Positions 8,140 to 17,761 of a stretch of DNA of 64,000 nt are shown in pieces. A model generated the notes under the pieces. That model was not told where the DNA came from. It saw only the letters and a program-made list of their open reading frames with translations, and searched no databases. Where the stretch lies: the NCBI GenBank assembly GCA_963719085.1, contig CAVRAL010000004.1:192001-256000 (forward strand). The letters run 5' to 3'. A program made the position numbers and the translations under genes. This DNA is from a candidate division FCPU426 bacterium (GTDB taxonomy: Bacteria > Oederibacteriota > Muellerivitia > Muellerivitales > Muellerivitaceae). The first letter of the stretch is position 1. Every line of letters begins with the position of its first letter.

Positions 8140-10316
8140 GAGCCGGCCGCCTCCTTCAATCGCGTGGTGAGGGTTGTCTCAAACGATTTTTTGGGCGCCA
8201 AGCTCACTTCATGGCCGAACAAAAGGCAGGATCCTTGGTACACCCGCTCGAAACCGCCCTCGGACTGGGAAATGGTCTCCACCGGATAACGCGAAAATCG
8301 CGCGGGCTGGGAGCTTTTAAAATCAATTTCTATTTTGAGCCAGCCGTCGGTCATGGAGGCTTGCTCCACATTCATTTCGGTTCCCAGACTGTTCAGCTTT
8401 CGGTCGGTCAGCTCCCGGCCTTTCACGGTGTAAAAGCGGTCCGGCGCGTCCCCGGCCAGAAGGGTCAGGTTCCATTCGGCGAGGAACAAAAATTTCACGG
8501 GCCGGGTTCCCAGGTTCTCGAGTTTGTAGTCGGTCTCTAAATGGAAGCCGCCCGGCGAGAAAGAAAGTTTTTTGGTCAGCCGAAGGGGCACCGGCTCCCC
8601 GCCGTCCTTGAAAAGACCGTCCGCGGTCAATTGAACCTTGAGCGGCTCGCCCTTCTTTTTGGGCGGGGTAACTTTAAAATCAAAAGGCAGGCGGTGAAAG
8701 TCGCTCCACTCGTCATATTGGACCTTCCAAAGCTGCTCCACCGTGGTGCCGGGGGGGACCAACCGCTCCATCAGGCTGGTGCGGACATCCCTGTCGTAAA
8801 AAAGCTTATGCTCCAAACCCGGTTCCTTGGTGCGCACGGTGTCGTGAATGCTGGCCGGCTGGCTTTGGCCCGCGGTTTGGTTGGCCATGGCCAAAAGCTT
8901 GCTGTGGTAGGCTTCCTTGCGGCGGGTCAAGGTATCCGAAAGATTGATGGGGTTTTTAAAGTAATCCAATTCCCGAAGCGATCCGCCCCGCGCCGGTTCC
9001 AGCAAAGCGCTGAAGGCGTTGGTTTCCACCACGATCTCATCCCGGCCGTCTTTGTTGAAGTCGGCCACTTGGGCCTGGATCCCATGGGAAGGCGGCGGCA
9101 AAAGCAAGCCGGCCTCGCGCTCCGCCTCCACCAACTGGCGGTAATTGGCGAACCGCAGATGGTTCAGGTAAAGACCGCCGAAAACCCCGTGCCAATAAGG
9201 GCAATTGCACTGGCCCCGGTACAAAGCCTGGACCGCCTTCTCCAGCAAGGCTTTTTGTTTGGGTGTGGATTTTTTAGAAAGATGCAGGCGCGCCTTTTCC
9301 ACTTTATCCGAGACCCAAAGCATTTTTTTATGCATCTGGTTGCTCTCGGCGTATTTCACTTGGAAGTTGCGCCAAATGCCGCCTTTCAAGTAACGGTCAT
9401 AGCGCGGCATCTCGCCCCGGTCCCGGACCTCATGGCGGATTTGCTCGTATTCCTCAGCCGCTTCCGCGGGCAGCGACCACTCGCCCATTTCGGTGTAAGA
9501 ACCCGTGGGCAGGGCCAAGGGGCCTTTGGGCGGATGTTCGGCCGCGAATTCGGCGAAGGTGGAGCAGGTGAGCCAATCCGAATTATCGGAAAGCGCCGAA
9601 AGGAACCGCTCGAGCCAGCCTTCCTCGTAAACCCATTTATAGGTATCGGGCCAGCCGCCGAATTTTTCCCCGTCATCCATCAGCACCACGCAGCGGTCGC
9701 CTTCCTCGGTGGCCACCGAGCGCAGGTAATTCAGGCTTTCATTCACGTCTTGGAAGGGAACCAGGTAGCGCATCTTTTCAGAGATCGGGAAAACCCCCAC
9801 CGTCTTGCCTTGTTCTTCCATCAGGTAATAGCCGAAGGTCTCGTCCTCGCGAAGGCCGGTGGCCTTGAAGTGCGCGTCATCCATCACGATGTACTTCACC
9901 CCGGCCTCGGCCAGGGGCCGGGTCAAATGGGGTTCCCAAACCCGCTCCGCCACCCACATGCCTTGGACGGGTACCTTGAACTTTTTTTCCAGGATATCGG
10001 TTAAGCGCCGCATCTGCCCCAGTTTGTCCCGGTCGGGCAAAATGGAAAGAATGGGCTCGTACATGCCGCCGGTAAAAAGCTCGATCTGCCCCCGCTTGAC
10101 CATCTCGCCCAAAAGCTTCAAATATTCCGGCTTATTTTCCTCCATCCACTCAAGCAGCGGCCCCGTGGTATGGACGGTGAATTTTACTTTGGGATAACGG
10201 TTGAGGATTTTTAAAAAAGGTTCGTAGGATTGGCGGTAAAGGGTCTCAAAAACCTGCCCGAAATTGCCCACCGGCTGGTGGTTATGAACGCCCAGAATCA
10301 AGGTGACTTTTTTCAT
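8136..10316 (-). CDS. GH57 alpha-amylase/4-alpha-glucanotransferase with DUF1925/DUF1926-like C-terminal part
   Basis: HNHQPVGNF, WVAERVWEP (nucleophile Glu), DDGEKFGGWP, QCNCPYWHGVFGGLY and SQSEGGFE. No signal peptide. Confidence 0.93.
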   Translation of the reverse strand: MKKVTLILGVHNHQPVGNFGQVFETLYRQSYEPFLKILNRYPKVKFTVHTTGPLLEWMEENKPEYLKLLGEMVKRGQIELFTGGMYEPILSILPDRDKLGQMRRLTDILEKKFKVPVQGMWVAERVWEPHLTRPLAEAGVKYIVMDDAHFKATGLREDETFGYYLMEEQGKTVGVFPISEKMRYLVPFQDVNESLNYLRSVATEEGDRCVVLMDDGEKFGGWPDTYKWVYEEGWLERFLSALSDNSDWLTCSTFAEFAAEHPPKGPLALPTGSYTEMGEWSLPAEAAEEYEQIRHEVRDRGEMPRYDRYLKGGIWRNFQVKYAESNQMHKKMLWVSDKVEKARLHLSKKSTPKQKALLEKAVQALYRGQCNCPYWHGVFGGLYLNHLRFANYRQLVEAEREAGLLLPPPSHGIQAQVADFNKDGRDEIVVETNAFSALLEPARGGSLRELDYFKNPINLSDTLTRRKEAYHSKLLAMANQTAGQSQPASIHDTVRTKEPGLEHKLFYDRDVRTSLMERLVPPGTTVEQLWKVQYDEWSDFHRLPFDFKVTPPKKKGEPLKVQLTADGLFKDGGEPVPLRLTKKLSFSPGGFHLETDYKLENLGTRPVKFLFLAEWNLTLLAGDAPDRFYTVKGRELTDRKLNSLGTEMNVEQASMTDGWLKIEIDFKSSQPARFSRYPVETISQSEGGFERVYQGSCLLFGHEVSLAPKKSFETTLTTRLKEAAGS

Positions 10317-10795
10317 ACTTTGATCTCCGGTAAGTACTTTTCGATGGGTTCCTTCAAGTCCCCGGGCACGGCGCGGATTTCCATCTCAATGCCCCGGGCT
10401 TTTAACCGGCGGAAGGATTCCACGTCCTCGGCCGTCACGCAAAGCACCTTGCAGACCTGCCGGCGGCCTTCGGTGAAATGAAGGCCCCCCACGTTCACCG
10501 AAACCACCCGGCCCCCTTTTTCGGCGTAAGCCAAAAGGTCCGAGGGAGTGGAAAAAAGCATCAAGGCGCGTTCCCGCTCGGAGCCCATGGACGCGGCCAC
10601 CGCCTCCTCCACGGTGAAAAAGCTCACCCGGAGGTTGGAGGGAACGGCCATTTCCATCAGGGTCCGCTGCATGGCGTTCTTGGCGATAGCGTCATTGACC
10701 ACGACCAGGCGCTGGATATTCAGGCTTTTGGACCAGCCCACCACCACTTGGCCGTGGATCAGCCGGTCGTCAATTCGGATCAGTTGGATGTCCAT
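10313..10795 (-). CDS. Mannose/sorbose-family PTS EIIB
   Basis: RIDDRLIHGQVVVGW and VNVGG. Confidence 0.95.
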   Translation of the reverse strand: MDIQLIRIDDRLIHGQVVVGWSKSLNIQRLVVVNDAIAKNAMQRTLMEMAVPSNLRVSFFTVEEAVAASMGSERERALMLFSTPSDLLAYAEKGGRVVSVNVGGLHFTEGRRQVCKVLCVTAEDVESFRRLKARGIEMEIRAVPGDLKEPIEKYLPEIKV

Positions 10796-10820
10796 CTTTG
10801 TTTTCCGCTTCTTCCCGAGC

Positions 10821-11225
10821 TTATTTTTTCTTGAACAGTTCCACCGAGGTCACCACCCCGTCCCGCGTGGATTGCTGGATATCCAGGCTTAACGCGTCCA
10901 AATCGGTCTCGTCCCGGTGCGAAACCACCTTGATGAGCATGGGCAGATTAACGCCCGTAATCACCTTGACGTTGCGGGTCGTGGCCAGTTGGATGCCCAC
11001 ATTAAAGGGCGTCCCTCCCAGCATGTCGACCAAAATCAAGGCTCCTTGAGCCTTCGGATCAACCTGATCGACGGCCTTTTCCATTTTCATCCGCAGATTT
11101 TCGGGCGAATCCTTGGAAAGCAGGGGCACCGAAACCATCCCCTCGGTTTCCCCGATGATCATTTTCAGGGTGTCCAAAAGGGCGGTCCCAAACTCCCCGT
11201 GCGTCGCGATCAGTACCCCTATCAT
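10821..11225 (-). CDS. Mannose/fructose-family PTS EIIA
   Basis: IATHG, DMLGGTPFN and GVNLPML. Confidence 0.95.
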   Translation of the reverse strand: MIGVLIATHGEFGTALLDTLKMIIGETEGMVSVPLLSKDSPENLRMKMEKAVDQVDPKAQGALILVDMLGGTPFNVGIQLATTRNVKVITGVNLPMLIKVVSHRDETDLDALSLDIQQSTRDGVVTSVELFKKK

Positions 11226-11258
11226 AAGTCTCCCTCGGTCTTGTTCCCAGGCCCCAAG

Positions 11259-12527
11259 TTACATCACCAAAAGGCGCAGGATGGCCCGGCCCAATTTTTC
11301 ACGGTCATGGCGCACGAAATCCTGCTGGTGCAAAAGATTGGCCCGGACCACCCGGGCCCCTAATTTTTTCACCTCGGCGTCGTCCACCACCACGGGCTCC
11401 TGGCCGAAGGCCGCGTAACGGGCCAAAAGCCGCGTGGGCACCTTTTCCTTGTTCACCATGACGTAATGCACGAAGTTGGGCGCGGTGTGTTTGAACAAAG
11501 CCCGCACATGGTCCGACACGGTGAAAAAATCGGTCTCGCCGGGCTGGGTCATCACATTGCAGATAAAAATTTTAACGGCCCGGGAAAGCGCGATCGTCTC
11601 GGCGACCTCCGGAATGAGCAGGTTGGGGATGATGCTGGTAAAAAGGCTGCCCGGGCCCAGGACGATGGCGTCGGCTTCCAAGATCGCTTTCAGGACTTCT
11701 TTATTCGGCCGGATCTTGCTTTCCTTGAGCGTGATCTCGTCGATGGGGGATTTGACCAGGGGAATGGCGGACTCGCCGGTCACGATTTTCCCGTTCTTAA
11801 ACCGCGCCCGCAAGGTCATGGAATCAAAGGTCACCGGCATGACGGTCCCCCGGGTGGCCAGCACCTTGCTGGATTCTTCCACGGCCTTTCCAAAGTCCCC
11901 GGTGATTTCCCCCATGACGGTGATGAAAAGGTTCCCGAAACTGTGGCCCTTCAGGTCGCCGTGGCCCTTAAAACGGTATTGGAAAAGATCGTTCAACAGG
12001 GTTTGCTGGTCGGCCAAGGCCACGATGCAATTGCGGATGTCGCCCGGCGGCGGCGTGCCGAAGTCCTTGCGCAGCCGGCCCGAGCTTCCCCCGTCGTCGG
12101 CCACCGTCACGACCGCGGTCAGGTTGCTGGTGAATTGTTTCAATCCGTAAAGCACGTTGGGCAGGCCCGTGCCGCCGCCCACGCACACGATCCGGGGGCC
12201 GCGCTTCAAGCGGGCCTGCCGGTAGGCGATGTTCATGAATTCTTTTTCCCGGTGCGGAAGCAGCACGGTCAAAACGGCGTAAAGCGCCCGCCGGATGGCG
12301 TAAACCCCGAGGACGATGCCGCCCAGGATCAGGATGAAATCAACGAACTTTAAATGCCGGAGGGTGTCCCCGATCTCCAGGATGATCGGCGGGTTATAGT
12401 GAACCCCGTGGAGGCGTCGGCCGAGGATGCCGGAAAAACCCATGAGCAGGATCACGGCCGCGCCGGCCATCAAAAAAAACCAGCGTTTGAGCCGCATGCC
12501 CGGATAAAGCCAGCGCAATCCCAGCAT
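11259..12527 (-). CDS. yvcK: YvcK/GlmR (CofD-related) family protein with N-terminal membrane segments
   Basis: GGGTGL, VADDGGSSGRLR, PPGDIRNC, GHSFGNL and GPGSLFTS. Two hydrophobic N-terminal stretches. Confidence 0.92.
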   Translation of the reverse strand: MLGLRWLYPGMRLKRWFFLMAGAAVILLMGFSGILGRRLHGVHYNPPIILEIGDTLRHLKFVDFILILGGIVLGVYAIRRALYAVLTVLLPHREKEFMNIAYRQARLKRGPRIVCVGGGTGLPNVLYGLKQFTSNLTAVVTVADDGGSSGRLRKDFGTPPPGDIRNCIVALADQQTLLNDLFQYRFKGHGDLKGHSFGNLFITVMGEITGDFGKAVEESSKVLATRGTVMPVTFDSMTLRARFKNGKIVTGESAIPLVKSPIDEITLKESKIRPNKEVLKAILEADAIVLGPGSLFTSIIPNLLIPEVAETIALSRAVKIFICNVMTQPGETDFFTVSDHVRALFKHTAPNFVHYVMVNKEKVPTRLLARYAAFGQEPVVVDDAEVKKLGARVVRANLLHQQDFVRHDREKLGRAILRLLVM

Positions 12528-13501
12528 TAAGGCTTCCTTCGTTTGCGCGGCGGCAGGGCCCGGCGAACGTTTTCTTCCTGCATCATGCGGCTCACCCGGT
12601 CCGCGAATTCCTGGGCCGTGAAATAACCCAGCTTCATCAACCGGTGGTTCATGGAAGCCACCTCAATGATGACCGCCAGGTTCCGTCCAGGCCGGACCGG
12701 GATGAGAAACATCGGGATTTCCACGTCGAAAATTTTGTGCTTGGCGGGCGTCAGCCCCAGCCGGTCGTATTCTTTTTTGTTGTCCCAATCTTCCAAGCGG
12801 ACCACGAGCTCAATGCGCTTTTTGTCCCGGATCGCGCCCACGCCAAAAAGGCTTTCCACATTGATGATGCCCAATCCGCGGATTTCCATGTGGTGCTTGA
12901 TGATTTCGGACCGGGCGCCCATCAGGATGCGGTTGGCCAGGCGTTTGATATAAACCAAGTCATCGGCCACCAAGCGGTGGCCGCGTTCCACCAATTCCAG
13001 CGCGCACTCGCTTTTGCCGATCCCCGAATTTCCCAGGATGAGAACCCCGACGCCGTAAATATCCAGCAAGGTTCCATGGATGGTGGTCTCCGGCGCGAAC
13101 TCCTCTTCCAGAAATACCGAAACCTCGGACACGAACTTGGTCGTGGGAGTCGGCGTGGTGAACAAGGGGATTTTATGCTCCCGGGCCTCGGCCACCATTT
13201 CCGCCGGCGGCTTCATTTTATGGGTGACGATGATGCAGGGCATGGAATAGGAAAATATCTTGTGGAAAATGGCCCGTCGCTGGGCCGGTTTGAGGGTTTG
13301 CAGGTAATGGATTTCGGTCTTGCCCAGAATTTGAAGGCGCTCATAGGCGAACCATTTGAAATAACCGGTCAGCGCCATGCCGAGCCGGTTGATGTCCACG
13401 CTCACGATGTGCCGGGAGGCCATTCCCTCCTCCACCACGGGGGTCAGGTGAAGGCGTTCCTTGGCTTGCTGGAGGAGGGCTTCCACGGATATTTTTTTCA
13501 T
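12527..13501 (-). CDS. hprK: HPr kinase/phosphorylase
   Basis: GNSGIGKSECALELVERGHRLVADD, MEIRGLGII and PVRPGRN. Confidence 0.97.
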   Translation of the reverse strand: MKKISVEALLQQAKERLHLTPVVEEGMASRHIVSVDINRLGMALTGYFKWFAYERLQILGKTEIHYLQTLKPAQRRAIFHKIFSYSMPCIIVTHKMKPPAEMVAEAREHKIPLFTTPTPTTKFVSEVSVFLEEEFAPETTIHGTLLDIYGVGVLILGNSGIGKSECALELVERGHRLVADDLVYIKRLANRILMGARSEIIKHHMEIRGLGIINVESLFGVGAIRDKKRIELVVRLEDWDNKKEYDRLGLTPAKHKIFDVEIPMFLIPVRPGRNLAVIIEVASMNHRLMKLGYFTAQEFADRVSRMMQEENVRRALPPRKRRKP

Positions 13502-13562
13502 TCGCTCGCTCCCGAAAAAGAAAATTCATCGCTTGGCTTGGCCCGGTCTTCGAAGCGCCGCC

Positions 13563-14027
13563 TCAGTGTTTGAGTTTTTCTTCCTCTTGGATGATCTTGA
13601 TCACTTCGTCGGGAGTCTTGGCGGACAGGAGGGACTTGCGGAAATACTTGTCTTTCAAAAGGCTGGAGATGCGGGCCAGGGCCTTCAAATGCGCGCCGGC
13701 CGCCCCTTCGGGCGCGACCAACAAGAAAAAAATATTCACGGGCTCCCCGTCCAACGCGTCAAAGCTGATCCCTTCCTGGGAGACCCCAAAAGCCGCCGCC
13801 AGATCCGAGACCGTGTCCGACTTTCCGTGGGGGATCGCGATGCCTTGGCCGATTCCGGTGGAACCCAATTCTTCCCTTTCCATCAGGGTTTGGAGCATTT
13901 TCTTTTTGTCTTTCACCTTGCCGGACTTGGCCAGCAGCTCCACCAATTCCTTGATGGCATCCTTCTTGATCTTGGACTCCAGGTTCAACTTAATGGCGTC
14001 CACGGTTAGAAAATCCAGTATCTGCAT
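13563..14027 (-). CDS. ptsN: PTS EIIA of the Ntr/fructose-mannitol type
   Basis: REELGSTGIGQGIAIPHG and HLKALARIS, in rpoN-hpf-ptsN context. Confidence 0.9.
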   Translation of the reverse strand: MQILDFLTVDAIKLNLESKIKKDAIKELVELLAKSGKVKDKKKMLQTLMEREELGSTGIGQGIAIPHGKSDTVSDLAAAFGVSQEGISFDALDGEPVNIFFLLVAPEGAAGAHLKALARISSLLKDKYFRKSLLSAKTPDEVIKIIQEEEKLKH

Positions 14028-14123
14028 CGAAAATCCTCCTGGGCCTTTGCCCTTGAAGCGCTCAATTTCACCCTACCACGATCGGCCCTGTTGAAACCAG
14101 ACCGCCCCGGCGTCCGGATCGCC

Positions 14124-14663
14124 TTAATATTCCGGCTCAATCAAGCCGATGTGATGGTCTTTGCGTTTATAAACCACGCCGGTCCGGCCGGTCTCGGCGT
14201 CATAAAAAACCATGAATTCATCCTTCGACTTGGCCAGCTGGGAGGCGGCCTCTTCCACCGACATGGGTTTGGCGGAATACTGGCGGGATTGGATGATCTC
14301 AAACTCTTCGCCCGCGGCGGAAGGCGGGATGAGCCCATGGGTGACGGACTTAAAGGGAGAGATTTCACGGCCCCGATGACGCCCCACCCGGATGTCTTTA
14401 TGTTTCTTGGCTTGGGTTTCCAGTTTTTCCAAGGCCCCGTCGATGGAATTATACATGTCCCGGGAAACGGCTTTGGAGCTCATCTTCAATCCCTTGGCCG
14501 ACAGGTTGATTTCGCAGGTATGGCCTTTTTTCTCGAAGTTCAGGATGACATGGGCTTCTTTGATCTTGCCTAAATAGCGCTCCACCCGCTTGATCTTGTC
14601 TTCCACCGACAAGCGCAGGCCCTCGGTCAACTTTTCATGACGGCTGGTGATGTTAATTTTCAT
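14124..14663 (-). CDS. hpf: Long ribosome hibernation promoting factor (RaiA/HPF)
   Basis: MKINITSRH, DMYNSID, KPMSVEEA and VVYKRKD..IGLIEP. Confidence 0.93.
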   Translation of the reverse strand: MKINITSRHEKLTEGLRLSVEDKIKRVERYLGKIKEAHVILNFEKKGHTCEINLSAKGLKMSSKAVSRDMYNSIDGALEKLETQAKKHKDIRVGRHRGREISPFKSVTHGLIPPSAAGEEFEIIQSRQYSAKPMSVEEAASQLAKSKDEFMVFYDAETGRTGVVYKRKDHHIGLIEPEY

Positions 14664-14704
14664 TAATTTTTCCGATGACAACGAAAGTGCTGAAAAACCC
14701 GCTT

Positions 14705-14732
14705 ATTCTAACACCCGAAAAAGGGAAGTCAA
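14705..14732 (-). promoter_or_regulatory. Putative sigma70 promoter for hpf-ptsN-hprK
   Basis: Minus strand TTGACT-16 nt-TAGAAT with a TG extended -10 element. Confidence 0.55.
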
Positions 14733-14819
14733 TGAACACCGACCCATCGGACGGACGACGAAACCAGGCAAATGGCGAGAATAAACAAAAAGGCAAACGG
14801 GGTTTTTCGGCGGAGGTTC

Positions 14820-16352
14820 TTAATACTTTCGGCGTTGGGAGGCGGAAGGGATGCGCAATTCTTCCCGGTACTTGGCGATGGTACGCCGGGCGATAAAGAT
14901 GCCCTGGTCCTTCAAGAGCTGGGTTAATTTTTGGTCCGAATGGGGTTTTTGCGGCGCTTCTTGATCCACCAGTTCTTTTATTTTTTCCTTCACCGAAAGC
15001 GAGGACACATCAAGCCCGGCCTCCGATTCCAACCCGCTGGTGAAAAAATACTTGAGCTCAAAAAGCCCCCGGGGCGTTTGCACGTACTTGTGGGTGGTCA
15101 CCCGGCTCACGGTGGACTCATGCATCCCGATCATGTCCGCCACTTGTTTTAAGGTGAGGGGTTTCAGGCCGGTGAGGCCCAGTTCCAAGAAATCGCGCTG
15201 GATGCGGAAGATGGATTCAGTCACCCGGTAGATGGTCTTGCGGCGCTGCTCGATGTTTTTGATGAGCCACATGGCCGATTGGATTTTATTGTCCAGGAAA
15301 GCTTTGGTTTCCTTGGTCTTAACGGCGTTTTTATCCTTGAGCATCTTTCGGTAATAAGAGGAAATACGCAGCCGCGGCACCGGCTCGTCGTTCAAGACCA
15401 CCACATACTCCCCCTCGATTTTACGCACGCTCACGTCCGGGGTCACGTATTTGGTGTTATTTTCCTCGAAAGAGCGGCCTGGTTTGGGCTCCAGCGTGGC
15501 CACCAGCGCCAATATTTCGCGCAGTTCCTCGGCGGTAATTTCCAGTTTTTTTTGGATGACGGGAAAACGCCTTTTTTCCACATCCTCAAAATGCTCGGCC
15601 ACCACCCGGTAGGCCTTGCGGGCCAAGTCCCCGGTTTTATTTTCCAGTTGAAGGATGAGGCATTCTCGCAAATTGCGGGCCCCCACGCCCGGCGGGTCGA
15701 AGGTTTGGATGAGTTGGAGCACTTGTTCCATTTGCTGAAGCGTGACGCCCTGGGCCTTGGCCATTTCTTCCAGGGGATCGATCAAGTAGCCGTTCTCATC
15801 CAGGTTGCCGATGAGCGTTTTCCCGAGTTTTTTTTCGGCCTCGTCCTTGCCCGACATCAGCAGCTGCCATTCCAAATGCTCGGCCAAAGTGGTCTGACGG
15901 GTGATGGAGGCTTCCAGGAAATCGTGCTTTTCTTGGTCGTCCCCGCCGTTATTTTCCCCCTGGCCCCCGTAATACTCGCCGTATTCCTCGCCCTCGCCGT
16001 AAAGGGCCCAGGTTTCTTTAGTCATCCGGTCGCCGTCGCGCAATTGCTCGACGACGTCGGTTTGATGCCGCTCCTTCGCGCGCTCGTAATAAAGATCGCT
16101 TTCGGTGGGGGCTCCGCTGTCGTCCACTTCGGCGGGTCCGGCGATTTCGGCCTTTTCAGCCGCGGTGGCGCCTTCGCTGGGCTCTTCCTCTTCCAGAACG
16201 GGGTTTTCGACCATTTCTTTCTCGACCCAATCCTTCAATTCCAGGGTGGAAAGTTGGAGGATCTTCATGGCCTGCTGCAGCATGGGCGTCATCACCATGC
16301 GCTGCTGCATCTTTTGATTCATCCGGAATTCTTGGCGCATATTCCATGCCAT
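14820..16352 (-). CDS. rpoN: RNA polymerase sigma-54 factor
   Basis: MTPMLQQAMKILQL, DPPGVGAR, HESTVSR and the RpoN box ARRTIAKYRE. Confidence 0.97.
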   Translation of the reverse strand: MAWNMRQEFRMNQKMQQRMVMTPMLQQAMKILQLSTLELKDWVEKEMVENPVLEEEEPSEGATAAEKAEIAGPAEVDDSGAPTESDLYYERAKERHQTDVVEQLRDGDRMTKETWALYGEGEEYGEYYGGQGENNGGDDQEKHDFLEASITRQTTLAEHLEWQLLMSGKDEAEKKLGKTLIGNLDENGYLIDPLEEMAKAQGVTLQQMEQVLQLIQTFDPPGVGARNLRECLILQLENKTGDLARKAYRVVAEHFEDVEKRRFPVIQKKLEITAEELREILALVATLEPKPGRSFEENNTKYVTPDVSVRKIEGEYVVVLNDEPVPRLRISSYYRKMLKDKNAVKTKETKAFLDNKIQSAMWLIKNIEQRRKTIYRVTESIFRIQRDFLELGLTGLKPLTLKQVADMIGMHESTVSRVTTHKYVQTPRGLFELKYFFTSGLESEAGLDVSSLSVKEKIKELVDQEAPQKPHSDQKLTQLLKDQGIFIARRTIAKYREELRIPSASQRRKY

Positions 16353-16500
16353 CCAGCGCGTTTCTTCCCTCCGAGGGAAAAAGAGGCGCACAAGTTTGAT
16401 GCCAAAAAACAAACCTCAATCCACTGACTAAATTATACTCTTTTTCATTGGGGAAGTATCACTTTGGGAAAAAAGACAAGGCCTTTGAAAAGGGCCCGGA

Positions 16501-17733
16501 TCAAGGCTCATCCCAGGCTTTTAACTCAAACTTGGTTTTTTCCCACTGCCGGATCCAATAGTCCAAGTCGAAGGGCTGGGGAAATTCCAGCGATCCTGAG
16601 GGAAACTTTTGGCCGCCCTTAAAGACCCATTGGATGGTCCTGAAATTTTGAGCGTTCGCCATGGGGTCGTGTTGATAAATCACCAAATCGGCCCACTTCC
16701 CTTTTTCCAGGCTTCCCATCTTTTGTTCCATGCCTAAAACTTTGGCCGCTTCCAAGGTGGCCATCTTCAAGCATTGGGCCGCGGTGACGCCCACGCTTTG
16801 AAGGTCTTTCCATTCCCGGATCGACACGCCAAAGGGCATGTGGGGATTACCCGCGTCCGTGCCATAAACGATTTTTCCGCCCAGGGAAAGAAAACGCTCG
16901 GCGTTCTTCAGGCATTGCTGGTGCCCCAAATGAAACCCATGCTGGCAATGCTGTCCAAAAGGATGCTCGGAGCGGCGCTGCCATTCTTCCGCCCAACCCG
17001 CGTGCGCGTGCAGGGTGGGAACAATTTTAATTTTTCGCCGGATCGCTTCTTTCCAAAGGTCGTCCGAGATGGGCCGGGACGGCATATGGGCCACCTCGTC
17101 CACCTTGGCCGCCACGCAGGCCTCAAAATCCCGCTCATCCGTGATATGGGCCGTCACCTTTTTGCCCAAGTCATGGGCCGCCTCGACCACGGCGTCGACC
17201 TCGGTTTGGGAAAGGCAGGGTCCCAGCTCATGCTCCAAACCCAGCTTGATCAGGTCCATCCCCAACCCCGCTAACTGCTGGACTTTTTCCTGGGCTTGGT
17301 AACGGCCGGTCAAACGCAGCGCCAACTGGGGGCCCCAAACATTCTCCGGGTAGCCTTTGGGGCAGGTTAAAACCGGCCCGGAAGAAAAGATCCGGGGCGA
17401 GGCGATGAGTCCGGTTTGTTCCCGCGCTTTCCATTCGAGCGCGTGAAAAGGATCCGACGCCAAATCCCGGACGGCGGTCACGCCGTTATGAAGAAAGCTG
17501 GCCAGCGTGGTTTCGTTGATGAGGGCGTGCACATGCAGGTCGATGAGTCCGGGCAGGACGAAAAAATTCCGGCCGTCGATGACTTCCCCCGCCTCATACG
17601 CCGGCGCCTTCGCATGGGGGCCCACATAGTCCAGCGTCTCGCCGGTGATGAGCAGGGTGGCATCCGTCAGCACCTTTTCGGCGGCGCCGGTGTAGATCGT
17701 GGTTTTTTCAATGGCGGTGGATACCTTCAGCAT
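16501..17733 (-). CDS. Metal-dependent amidohydrolase
   Basis: PGLIDLHVH, GTDAG and GSLEKGKWADL. Confidence 0.88.
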   Translation of the reverse strand: MLKVSTAIEKTTIYTGAAEKVLTDATLLITGETLDYVGPHAKAPAYEAGEVIDGRNFFVLPGLIDLHVHALINETTLASFLHNGVTAVRDLASDPFHALEWKAREQTGLIASPRIFSSGPVLTCPKGYPENVWGPQLALRLTGRYQAQEKVQQLAGLGMDLIKLGLEHELGPCLSQTEVDAVVEAAHDLGKKVTAHITDERDFEACVAAKVDEVAHMPSRPISDDLWKEAIRRKIKIVPTLHAHAGWAEEWQRRSEHPFGQHCQHGFHLGHQQCLKNAERFLSLGGKIVYGTDAGNPHMPFGVSIREWKDLQSVGVTAAQCLKMATLEAAKVLGMEQKMGSLEKGKWADLVIYQHDPMANAQNFRTIQWVFKGGQKFPSGSLEFPQPFDLDYWIRQWEKTKFELKAWDEP

Positions 17734-17761
17734 GGCTTTGATCTTTTCCCTTTTGTCCCGC

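Noticed and set aside
8541..10004. 487-aa plus-strand ORF, and similar long antisense ORFs at 11466, 12644, 15279 and 27275
   Set aside because: They are shadows of well-supported minus-strand genes, caused by GC-rich third codon positions, and carry no motifs.
14664..16500. Sigma-54 (-24/-12) promoters near rpoN/hpf
   Set aside because: No convincing TGGCAC-N5-TTGC match was found by eye.
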